64,000 nucleotides of DNA from Candidatus Latescibacterota bacterium. GTDB lineage: Bacteria; Latescibacterota; UBA2968; GCA-2709665. The notes beneath the pieces are model-generated. The model saw only the letters and a program-made list of their open reading frames with translations, was not told where the DNA came from and did not search any database. Position 1 is the first letter of the stretch; every line of letters begins with the position of its first letter. Made by a program: the position numbers and the translations under genes. The DNA is taken from positions 1,312,001-1,376,000 of the forward strand of contig OZ242180.1 of assembly GCA_965205485.1 (NCBI GenBank). Direction: 5' to 3'. This document shows, in pieces, positions 1 to 8,899 of this stretch.

Positions 1-2
1 CA

Positions 3-407
3 GGTGGCTACGACTGGGTCGATGTGCGCGATGTCGTGGCAGCCGCTATGGCCGCCGAGTCGCGGGCGAGATGTGGCGAAAACTACCTCGTCTCAGGTCA
101 CTGGCACACCGTGCGCGAACTGGCGGAACTCTCCCGGCAGGCGACCGGTGTAGCCCCGCCCCGCCTCCAGTTCCCGATGTTCGCCGCCCGGTTATGGGCG
201 CCCTGCCAGGTCGTCCTGGATCGGTGTCGCGGACGCCGTCCGCTCTACACGCCGGTGTCCGTCCGCGTCATGGCCCACGGCAATCGGCGGATATCCAGCG
301 CCAGGGCGAAGGCGGAACTCGGGTTCCACTCGCGCTCGCTCGCAGAATCGGTCAGGGACACGTACCGCTGGTTCGACGAACACGGCATGCTGGGTGAAGA
401 CGCGTGA
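3..407 (+). CDS. NAD-dependent epimerase/dehydratase (dihydroflavonol reductase/HpnA-like), 3' part only
   Basis: Frame is open from the window start: GGYDWVDVRDVVAAAMAA...GENYLVSG...SSARAKAELGFHSRSLAESVRDTYRWF, a typical C-terminal half of extended SDRs. Confidence 0.8.
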   Translation, partial: GGYDWVDVRDVVAAAMAAESRARCGENYLVSGHWHTVRELAELSRQATGVAPPRLQFPMFAARLWAPCQVVLDRCRGRRPLYTPVSVRVMAHGNRRISSARAKAELGFHSRSLAESVRDTYRWFDEHGMLGEDA

Positions 408-478
408 CATGACCGAAGAGCGTCCGCTGTCTGTTGATCAGCGTGTGCGCCCCCATGTCCGAATGTCGTTCGTTCGCA

Positions 479-3400
479 TTACCGGACGGGAACCAGATGC
501 AGACGGATGGCGTACAGCGCGGGGACGATCATCAGCAGGATTGAAGTGGCGATGAGTATTCCGAAGCCCAGCGAAGCGGCGAAAGGGACGAGGAACTGGG
601 CCTGAACGGCGCGTTCCAGGATGAGGGGAAAGAAGCCGAGGAAAGTCGTCAGGGAAGTGAGCATAATGGGTCGAAAACGTCCCTTTGCGCCTTCGATGAT
701 CGCAGTTCGCACCGGGGCGCCTTCATCGAGTTTCTGATCGATGAAGTCGATCATCACCAGAGAATCGTTCACGACCACGCCGCTCAGGCCGAAGACGCCC
801 ATGAAGGATACCGCGCTCAGGGCCAGCCCCAGGACCCAGTGACCAAGGATCACGCCGATCAGGCCGAATGGGATGACGGCCATGATGATGAACGGTTTGG
901 TGTAGGAGCGCAACGGAATGGCAAGCAGCCCGAAAATCATAATCAACGCAATCCCAAACCCGCGAAACAGTGCGTCAAGAGACTCGAGCTGCTGTTGTTG
1001 TTCCCCTCCAAACGTGTATGTCAGGTCCGGGTCCGCTGCGATGAGGTTCGCCAGGATGGAATTGGCCAGGATGTCGTTGGCTTCGTCGCCCGTGATCACC
1101 GCCTCGTCCACGTCGGCTGTGACCGTGACCACCCGCTGCCCGTCCTTCCGTCGAATCGCCGGCGGCGACATGCCCGATTTCAACGCGGCAACGCTGGTTA
1201 CAGGAACCTCGGACCCGTTCGGCGTGCGGATCAGGTACCCTTCGATATCGGTAATGGAATTCCGCTCATCCTCTGGCAGCCGCACGTAGACCCGGACCTC
1301 TTCCCGACCGCGCTGCACCCTAACGGCCTCCGCTCCGAAAAAAGCCGCGCGCGCCTGTCCAGCCAACGCATCAAGCGTGAGACCGAGCGTCTGCGCTTCG
1401 GGCCGCAGCTCGAGTTGGACCTCCGGGACGCCCGGCGTGTGGTCCGAACGTACGTCGTGGACGCCCCCAATGCCGCGGAGTCCGTCAACCACCGTCCCTG
1501 CGACCCTGACAAGCCGCTCCGGTTTCGGGTGGGACAGGACGGCCTCCACGGGGTTGCCGAAGTCGATGATCTCGCCGCTGTACGTGATCCCCCGCACGTA
1601 GGGCAATACCCCAACCTCCTCGCGCCAGGCCTGCACGAAATCGACGGTGGAGATCTGTCTTTGCTGTGCGCCCAGCAGTTTGAATTCTATGGTGGCGATG
1701 TTGGCTTCCGGATTCAGGGTCGGCGCCGGGTTCAGGCCTCCGCCCTGGATGCGCGGCCGCAGACCTACCGTTACGATAACGCCGGTTAGCAGCGGAGGCG
1801 CGTCCGCCGGCCGGTCCCGGGATAGGCGGTCGATGACCCGGTGTCCGGCATCTTCCAGTTCCCGCGCCACCTCGTACGTCCTCGTCGCGGTCGTCCCGTC
1901 GGGCATCTCCAGTGTTACGGTTGCGAAATCTCCCTCGACGTCAGCCGCCAATGTGGTTGGGATGATACCCGCGGCGACCAATGAGAAACACAGCACAAGC
2001 AACCCCACCGCACCCGACATTGTCACCCATGGCTGGTCGGCGGCAAACCGCAATGCCCGGTCCAGAGGGCCCTGCACGAAACCGTTCAGCAGCACGTCCA
2101 CCCGGTCCTGCACCCGTGCAAAGAAACGATCGAAAGCATATGCCGGCACCCATTCCGGGCCGTGCATGTGCGACAGGTGGTTGGGCAGGATCAGCAGGGA
2201 TTCGATAAGAGAAACGATTAGGATAGCGATCATGATAATCGGCAGCGCCCGCCACGAATCACCAACCCCGCCCGGGATGAACAGCAGCGGCACGAAAGCA
2301 ACCACCGTCGTGAGTACCGCGAAAATCAGCGGTACCTTTATCCGGCGTGCGCCCCGGATCGCAGCCAGGACCCCGGGCGTACCGCGCTTTCGTTCGTTCT
2401 GGATGAGTTCGGATACGACAATGGCGTCGTCCACGACGATTCCTATGGCGAGGACGAATGAGAACAGGCTCTGAGCGTTGATGGCAACGTCGAGTACCAG
2501 CATCACCGCAAGGGCGCCGATGCCCGAAACGGCCAGTCCGACCGCGACCCACATCGCAAGACGGATCTGGAGAAAGAGGCTGAGTGAGACCAACACCAGC
2601 AGAAGGCCCAGTACCCCGTTCTTGAGGAGAATATCGGTGCGTTCCTTGAAGTCCTGGGACTCGTCGTTCCATATGGTAACGCCCACGCCGTCAGGCAGTG
2701 ACGGAATCACCTCGTTCGCCAGGTGTTCCCTGACGGACGTGGCGACGTCCATCACGTGTTCGCCATCGGCCCGGTAGACTTCCACGAACACTGCCGGATG
2801 GTTCTGATGCCGGACAACCAGGTCGGCTTCCTGGAAATCGTCCTGGACTTCGGCGATATCGCCGATGCGCAGAACCGTACCGTCACGCTTGGTCAGAAGC
2901 ACGATTGCTTCGAAATCCTGCTGATCGTAATTCTGGCCGAGGGTCCGAACGCGCACCTGGGACTCCCGGGTGTCGATACTGCCGGCCGACAGGTCCAGAG
3001 AACTGCGGCGTACCGCGTTGGCGACGTCGTTGAGTGTAAGCCCGAGGGACCTCAGGTGATGAAGCGGCACCTCGATGGAGATCTCGTAATTTCTGACGCC
3101 GCTGACCTCCACCTGTGATACGGAGGAAAGCGTCTTGAGCTCATCCTCGATCTGGTATGCCAGTTCCTTCAGCGAGCGCTCCGGCACATCGCCGTAGACA
3201 ATGAGACGCATCATGCTCTGGCGGTTGGTCATCTCCCAGAACAGGGGACGTTCGGCGCCGCCGGGGAACGTCTGTATCCGGTTGACCACGGATTCGATAT
3301 CGTCCAGGGCCCGGGCCATGTCCGTACCGGAATCCATTTGAATTCTTACGGACGCGATACCCGGCGCCGCCACTGACTTGACCGCCTTCACGTCGTCCAA

Positions 3401-3652
3401 ACCGCTGACCCGGTCCTCGATCTTGACAACGATCGACTCCTCCACCTCCTCCGGTGTGGCGCCGGGATAGGCCATGGAGACTTCGATGTGGTAGAAGGGC
3501 ACCGTGGGCCACGCTTCCCGCTCCAGGCCGGTCAGCGACACCAGCCCGAACGCGACAATGGCCAACATCAGCAAATTGGCCGCGATGCTGTTGCCGGCCA
3601 TATAGGCGATCGGCCCGGGCCGTTCGCCCCGGATGTCGTCATTCGTACTCAT
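479..3652 (-). CDS. RND efflux permease (AcrB/AcrD/AcrF family)
   Basis: 1057 aa with two TM bundles and large periplasmic loops; motifs GIVVDDAIVVSE and RFRPIMLTSLTT. Confidence 0.93.
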   Translation of the reverse strand: MSTNDDIRGERPGPIAYMAGNSIAANLLMLAIVAFGLVSLTGLEREAWPTVPFYHIEVSMAYPGATPEEVEESIVVKIEDRVSGLDDVKAVKSVAAPGIASVRIQMDSGTDMARALDDIESVVNRIQTFPGGAERPLFWEMTNRQSMMRLIVYGDVPERSLKELAYQIEDELKTLSSVSQVEVSGVRNYEISIEVPLHHLRSLGLTLNDVANAVRRSSLDLSAGSIDTRESQVRVRTLGQNYDQQDFEAIVLLTKRDGTVLRIGDIAEVQDDFQEADLVVRHQNHPAVFVEVYRADGEHVMDVATSVREHLANEVIPSLPDGVGVTIWNDESQDFKERTDILLKNGVLGLLLVLVSLSLFLQIRLAMWVAVGLAVSGIGALAVMLVLDVAINAQSLFSFVLAIGIVVDDAIVVSELIQNERKRGTPGVLAAIRGARRIKVPLIFAVLTTVVAFVPLLFIPGGVGDSWRALPIIMIAILIVSLIESLLILPNHLSHMHGPEWVPAYAFDRFFARVQDRVDVLLNGFVQGPLDRALRFAADQPWVTMSGAVGLLVLCFSLVAAGIIPTTLAADVEGDFATVTLEMPDGTTATRTYEVARELEDAGHRVIDRLSRDRPADAPPLLTGVIVTVGLRPRIQGGGLNPAPTLNPEANIATIEFKLLGAQQRQISTVDFVQAWREEVGVLPYVRGITYSGEIIDFGNPVEAVLSHPKPERLVRVAGTVVDGLRGIGGVHDVRSDHTPGVPEVQLELRPEAQTLGLTLDALAGQARAAFFGAEAVRVQRGREEVRVYVRLPEDERNSITDIEGYLIRTPNGSEVPVTSVAALKSGMSPPAIRRKDGQRVVTVTADVDEAVITGDEANDILANSILANLIAADPDLTYTFGGEQQQQLESLDALFRGFGIALIMIFGLLAIPLRSYTKPFIIMAVIPFGLIGVILGHWVLGLALSAVSFMGVFGLSGVVVNDSLVMIDFIDQKLDEGAPVRTAIIEGAKGRFRPIMLTSLTTFLGFFPLILERAVQAQFLVPFAASLGFGILIATSILLMIVPALYAIRLHLVPVR

Positions 3653-4860
3653 GGCGACTCGTCAGTCTCCGTCTGAACGGGCATTCCCTCCGTGGCGAAG
3701 TGAATCCCGCCGGTGATTGCCGCCAGACCGTGTTCCAGCGAACCCGTCACGTACGCCTCATCGTTGGAACGCTGCAAAACCCGAACCGGAACGATATTCA
3801 CAGCGCCGCTCTTCACCATCCAGACCTCGTTGCCGGGCTTCAGCGATGCCCGTGGGATCCTGAAAAAGCCCTCCCCGAACCTGCCCTCGATTTCCACCTG
3901 GACAAACTTGCCCACCAACAGTGGCGGACGAACACCGGGGTTGACGTTCCCGTTCGCCGGGACGTCCGCGGAAAACGGATCCGGTACGCGCACGATGACG
4001 TCGATGGTGCGCGATTGCTCGTCGAGGGCTGCCTCGGCTCGATCCACGTAGCCTTCCCATTCGTATTGCCCGTCGCCGTGCCGGGCGACCACCCGGGCAG
4101 CCACGCCCAGATTGCCGTCACCCGCCTTCAGTTTCCACAGGTCCGGAATGAGGGCGGCGTTGCCGTCGGTCAGGGGTACGACCACTTCCACCGCGTCGGC
4201 GGCAAACAGCCGGCCCACCGGCTGGCCTGGGCTGACGATCTTTCCCCGGTCCACGGATTCCTCGCGCACCACGCCGTTGAAAGGCGCGGTTATCGTGGTC
4301 CTGGACAGGGCGAGCCTGGCGTCGGCAAGCCTGGCTTCGTCGCGATTCAGCGCGGCCTTCGCCGCGTTCAACTGGGGCTCTCTCAGCGTAAGGGGATTCG
4401 TATCGGACGGCGAAGCCCCGTCCCCACGCTGCCGCGCGTAAAGTTCGTACTGTGAGCGGGCAATGGATGCCTGTTCCTGTTCGCTGAGCAATGCCACCCG
4501 GCTGGCCGCAAGAATGGCCTCGGCTTCCCGAACACGAAACCGATAGTGGACCTCCTCGATCCGGAACAGGGGCTGTCCGGCGGTTACCCGGCCCCCGCTC
4601 TTGAAGCCCGGGTCCACCCAGACCACCCTGCCGCCCACCTGAGGAACGATGTCGACCTCCGCACCGGGCCGCACGGTACCGGCACCGAATACCGGTATGG
4701 CCCCTGCCCCGGCGGCAACCGGACCCGTCTGCACGAACGGTATCTGGGGAGGCTGTTCGGTCCGCGTGGGTTCGGGCGCAAGCGAGACCAGAAGGGCAGC
4801 CAGACCCACGGAAAACAAGATTATGGCGCTGGCGGTCAAGACAGTGGTTATGCGGGACAT
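3649..4860 (-). CDS. RND periplasmic adaptor (membrane fusion protein)
   Basis: N-terminal anchor, lipoyl-like halves (VGGRVVWV...GQPLFRI; ITAPFNGVV), coiled coil; 4-bp overlap with the permease. Confidence 0.92.
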   Translation of the reverse strand: MSRITTVLTASAIILFSVGLAALLVSLAPEPTRTEQPPQIPFVQTGPVAAGAGAIPVFGAGTVRPGAEVDIVPQVGGRVVWVDPGFKSGGRVTAGQPLFRIEEVHYRFRVREAEAILAASRVALLSEQEQASIARSQYELYARQRGDGASPSDTNPLTLREPQLNAAKAALNRDEARLADARLALSRTTITAPFNGVVREESVDRGKIVSPGQPVGRLFAADAVEVVVPLTDGNAALIPDLWKLKAGDGNLGVAARVVARHGDGQYEWEGYVDRAEAALDEQSRTIDVIVRVPDPFSADVPANGNVNPGVRPPLLVGKFVQVEIEGRFGEGFFRIPRASLKPGNEVWMVKSGAVNIVPVRVLQRSNDEAYVTGSLEHGLAAITGGIHFATEGMPVQTETDESP

Positions 4861-4866
4861 GGCAAT

Positions 4867-6396
4867 CTACTCCGTTGGAGGTCGGGAGACAGGCTGCGTC
4901 GGTGATTCCGGACCGGTTGCCTGGCGGGGGTCGGGGGTCCATGCGCCTCCCAGCGCCCGGTGCAGGGCAAGACGGGCCAGACCCAGATCGCGTTCCGCCG
5001 TCGCGAGCAAGGATTTCGCGGTCAGCCGGATCTGCATTGCGTTAAGTAAAGCTCTATAGCCAACGACACCGGAAACGTACCGCTGCTCCTGCAGTTCTTT
5101 TTCCGCTTGAGCCGTGTTCGATCGAGCGGTTAGCAGCGAATGGCGCCGGCGGCTGGCCTGCAGGCCGGCAAGGGCGGCCTCAACCTCGTTGACCGCGGTG
5201 ATCACGGATTTCCCGTAGACCGCGACTGCGCCTTTCAATCCGGCTTTCGCAAGAGCGAGATTGGCTTGAAGCCGGGTACCCTGGAATACGGGTCCCAGGA
5301 GGTTCATGCTCAGATTCCGGAACCATTGCTCCGGGTTGAACCACTCGCTCGACTCCGTACTCTGCAGCCCGATGGATCCGTGAAGGGACAGTCTCGGCGC
5401 CAGGTCCGCGCGGCGTGCGCCAACCTGGAGTCGGGCCGCTTCCATCCGCTGCCTGGCCGCGACGACGTCGGGACGCTGCGTCAGAAGGCGGGTCGGAATG
5501 CCCGCAGGAACGGGTTGCAGGGCTCCGTTGCTGTAAGGGGAGTCCGACATCAATCCCGCGAGGTCCACGCGGTTGTCTCCCATGAGCACCCGGAGCCTCC
5601 CCTCGGCATTGGCCAGCAGCGCTTCGATCTGCGGGAGTTCGGCCTGTGCGGTGCGCGAATCCTGCCGCGCCCTGTGGAGGACGCTCACGTCGGTCAGCCC
5701 GCGATCGTAGCGGGACTCGGCCAGCGACTCCCGCTTCCGGGAGACCTCCGCTATTTCGGTTGCCAGCGTCCGTTGGCGGCGCAGGTTGACAATTTCAAGG
5801 TAGGTCCGGACGGTTTCGGCCAGAACGCCCATCCTGGCTGTCATATAGTCCGACTCGGATGCGAGGCGCTCCGCGCCCGCGGCCAGCCCGTCGTTCCGGT
5901 TCCGGCCCCAGAAATCCAGTTCGTAGGCGAATTCCACACCGGCCGTATAGGTCGTCAGCCCGATTCGATCCGGGAGCGTGATTCCCGGCACGCCGCCCCC
6001 TCCCGAACCGACTCCCAGTTCGTCCAGCTGGGCGCCGATACCCGCGTTGGTGGGCGCGTCGAACTCATTGACGCCGGCTGTCGGCTGAATGGAGGGGAAC
6101 AGGGGCGCCCTGGCGATGCGTGCGCGCGCCCTGGCCTGATCGACCCGGGCGACCGCGGCCGCCAGGTCGAAGTTCGATTCCAGCACGTTCTCGATTATCC
6201 TGTTCAGGGCCGGATCGGCGAAGGATATCCACCATTCCCGGCGTTGGATTGAGACAGTGACTTCACCCCCTGCGGATCCGTCGGTCAGCTCGGAAACCGA
6301 TTCAGCGACCGGCGGCGCTGAACGCGGCGCAAGGGTGCAGGCGGAGACGAAAAAGCCGACGAGAGCCGGCGTGAGTCTTTTTCGCGAGATAGACAT
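4867..6396 (-). CDS. RND outer-membrane factor lipoprotein (NodT/OprM-like)
   Basis: Start moved to ATG 6396 (MSISRKRL...FFVSAC lipobox); motifs WW.SFADPALN, YELDFWG, RPDVVAA, LHRALGGAW. Confidence 0.9.
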   Translation of the reverse strand: MSISRKRLTPALVGFFVSACTLAPRSAPPVAESVSELTDGSAGGEVTVSIQRREWWISFADPALNRIIENVLESNFDLAAAVARVDQARARARIARAPLFPSIQPTAGVNEFDAPTNAGIGAQLDELGVGSGGGGVPGITLPDRIGLTTYTAGVEFAYELDFWGRNRNDGLAAGAERLASESDYMTARMGVLAETVRTYLEIVNLRRQRTLATEIAEVSRKRESLAESRYDRGLTDVSVLHRARQDSRTAQAELPQIEALLANAEGRLRVLMGDNRVDLAGLMSDSPYSNGALQPVPAGIPTRLLTQRPDVVAARQRMEAARLQVGARRADLAPRLSLHGSIGLQSTESSEWFNPEQWFRNLSMNLLGPVFQGTRLQANLALAKAGLKGAVAVYGKSVITAVNEVEAALAGLQASRRRHSLLTARSNTAQAEKELQEQRYVSGVVGYRALLNAMQIRLTAKSLLATAERDLGLARLALHRALGGAWTPDPRQATGPESPTQPVSRPPTE

Positions 6397-6481
6397 GTCG
6401 CTGAACCGAGGAAGCTCGAGCTTACGCTTGGTGTTCTGTAGGATGTTGAAGCCCTGACAGCGTATGGTGAACACGCTTTAA

Positions 6482-6641
6482 CAGTCCGTTGATAAAGCCG
6501 CTCTGCAGGCGAGGCCGAGCCATTGTGGCCGAAGACAAGGCGCGCGACCGAGTCGAATCGAGCGATTCGGCGAGGGAACGCAACGCAGTATTTCGACCGC
6601 AATGGCCGACCATAGACCGGATGGGCTTTTTCAACGGGCTG
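6482..6641 (+). mobile_element. MITE family 1, copy 1 (160 bp)
   Basis: Terminal inverted repeats CAGTCCGTTGATAAAG / CTTTTTCAACGGGCTG; alignable copies at 19906, 43767 and 60927; no transposase. Confidence 0.85.
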
Positions 6642-6849
6642 TAAAGGGCTCAACACTGCAACTTTCCATACGAAAATATCCCCGTTTTGTCAAATCAAAA
6701 ATCGGATTCGGGTCCGCGGATCCCGGCTGCCGAAACGGGCCGCGGCGAGTCGCGTTTGGGCAATTTGTCGTTGCGTATCAGGGCTATTCTTCATACCTTG
6801 CCGAGCCTGTTCTTCGTTTTCCTTCACTTCCACTGGAGGGACGGACGTT

Positions 6850-8811
6850 GTGGAAGCCAAACTGATCTGGTTGCTGATCTTCGTGGGCCTGTACTGGGCT
6901 TATTGCCTTTTCTGGGGGTTCCGGGGGGCCCTGCGATCGCGCACGTCCGCGGATTATTTCGTGGCCGGCCGCAGCATCGGCATCTGGGTTTTCGTGCTGG
7001 CCGCCACCGCCACCAGTTTTTCGGGCTGGACCTTCGTGGGTCATCCCGGACTCATTCTGGAGGCAGGCCTACCTTATGCGTTCGCTTCCTTCTATGCGCT
7101 GACGATTCCGTTTACCGGCGTGCTTTTCCTGAGGCGACAATGGCTCATCGGGAAGGCGTTTCAGCATATCACGCCCGGCGAGATGTATTCCCACTACTAC
7201 GGCGGCGATACGATCAGACTGCTGACGGTACTCGTGGCGTTTCTTTTCAGCGTGCCGTATCTGGGTGTCCAGCTTCGAGCCTCGGGGTTCCTGTTCAACG
7301 TGCTCTCTGATAACTTGCTGAGCGTGGAAGTGGGGATGTTCGCGCTGTCCGCCATTGTGATGATCTATGTGGCTGCCGGCGGGCTGCGGTCTGTGGCTTA
7401 CGTGGACTGCGCGCAGTGCATTCTCCTTGCGTTCGGGATCGTCGCCCTGGGCATTGTCGCGATTCAATTTTCCGGTGGATGGACGGCTTTCACGGAGGGC
7501 GTGGGCAATCTTGTTCGACAGGACCTGGCTTCGGGAAAGGGACTGACGCCCGCGGGGCATTCCCATTACGTGGCGTTGCCCGGCTCGATTCAGGTTGTTT
7601 CCGAGGGGTCGAAAGCGGTTGGAGGCGTCTGGACCGGAATGATGTGTATGACCTATATGTTCGCGCTGATGGGCATCCAGTCTTCGCCCGCCTTTTCAAT
7701 GTGGGCGTTTTCCAACCGCACAAGCGAACCCTTCCGCTGGCAGCAGGTGGTGGCGTCCTCGGTGATCATCGGAATCATCCTGTTTACCTTTACTATATTC
7801 CAGGGACTGGGCGGTAACGTGCTGCTGGCCAACGGGGTCTTCGAAGAGGTGAGCCGGCCGGAACTGGTGCCCCAGTTGATCAACCTCCTGGCGGACAACT
7901 ATCCGTGGCTGGTGGGACTGCTTGCCGTGTGTGCGCTGGGGGCCATGCAGAGTACCGGGGCGGCCTATATGTCCACGTTCAGCGGAATGGTGACCCGGGA
8001 CCTCTATCGGCGTTACGTTTCACCCGATGCTTCGGACAGCACGCAGAAGCTGTACGGCAGGATTTTCGTGATACTGGTCACGCTTGCCGCGCTGATTGTG
8101 GCAGCCAAATCCACGCAGGCTATCGTGATGCTGGGCGGACTCGCCGTGGCCTACGGGTTTCAGATGTATCCGGCATTGATGGGGCTATGTTATTTCCGGT
8201 TCTTCACCAGGAAGGGCGTGGTATGGGGGCTGGTTGCGGGACTGGCAGCGGTTACGCTTACCGACCGCACGGTCAGCGAGGCGCTTCCCGTGATCATGGG
8301 ATTTGTGAAGCTGTTCCTGCCGGACCGCATCGCTTCCACAATCAGCGACACGCCCTGGGGCGCGTACCCGCTGACGATTCACAGCGCGGGCTGGGGCATT
8401 TTCTTCAACATGCTGGTTGCCGTTCTTGTGTCGTATCTGCGGCCGGACGGCGGGAAAGACAGGGACAGGAAAGCGAGCCATCACCTCTTCGTCCAGGCGG
8501 TTTCGGGTATTACGCGGGAGCGGCGCCGGCACGTACCCTGGGCCTGGCTGTTCACCGTGGTCTGGTTCCTCGTGGGCTTCGGGCCCTTTGCCGTGGTCGG
8601 CAATACGCTGTTCGGCGACCCCAATACGCCTGCGACGTGGGGCCCGTTCGGCCTGCCGTCTCTGTGGGTCTGGCAGTTGTTGATGCTTGCCTTCGGCATC
8701 TTCGTCATGTGGTACCTGGCGTTTTGCGTGGGGCTTTCCAGGCCCGTTCCGCCCGAGCGCGTGGAGGAGGCGCGAAAGGCGCATCTGGCTGAGACGGACG
8801 ACGCGACCTGA
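6850..8811 (+). CDS. Sodium:solute symporter (SSS family)
   Basis: DYFVAGRSIG, ATATSFSGWTFVGHPG, YVAAGGLRSVAYVD, AMQST motifs; many TM helices. Confidence 0.92.
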   Translation: MEAKLIWLLIFVGLYWAYCLFWGFRGALRSRTSADYFVAGRSIGIWVFVLAATATSFSGWTFVGHPGLILEAGLPYAFASFYALTIPFTGVLFLRRQWLIGKAFQHITPGEMYSHYYGGDTIRLLTVLVAFLFSVPYLGVQLRASGFLFNVLSDNLLSVEVGMFALSAIVMIYVAAGGLRSVAYVDCAQCILLAFGIVALGIVAIQFSGGWTAFTEGVGNLVRQDLASGKGLTPAGHSHYVALPGSIQVVSEGSKAVGGVWTGMMCMTYMFALMGIQSSPAFSMWAFSNRTSEPFRWQQVVASSVIIGIILFTFTIFQGLGGNVLLANGVFEEVSRPELVPQLINLLADNYPWLVGLLAVCALGAMQSTGAAYMSTFSGMVTRDLYRRYVSPDASDSTQKLYGRIFVILVTLAALIVAAKSTQAIVMLGGLAVAYGFQMYPALMGLCYFRFFTRKGVVWGLVAGLAAVTLTDRTVSEALPVIMGFVKLFLPDRIASTISDTPWGAYPLTIHSAGWGIFFNMLVAVLVSYLRPDGGKDRDRKASHHLFVQAVSGITRERRRHVPWAWLFTVVWFLVGFGPFAVVGNTLFGDPNTPATWGPFGLPSLWVWQLLMLAFGIFVMWYLAFCVGLSRPVPPERVEEARKAHLAETDDAT

Positions 8812-8831
8812 CCTGCGACGATGTCACTATG

Positions 8832-8869
8832 GAAAAGGACGGGTACACCGTGTGGTGCCCGTCCTTTTC
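8832..8869. terminator. Bidirectional intrinsic terminator between convergent genes
   Basis: GAAAAGGACGGGTAC...GTGCCCGTCCTTTTC hairpin with A/T tracts on both sides. Confidence 0.7.
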
Positions 8870-8899
8870 GGCTTTCTGATACCGTCGACGTGACAGGTG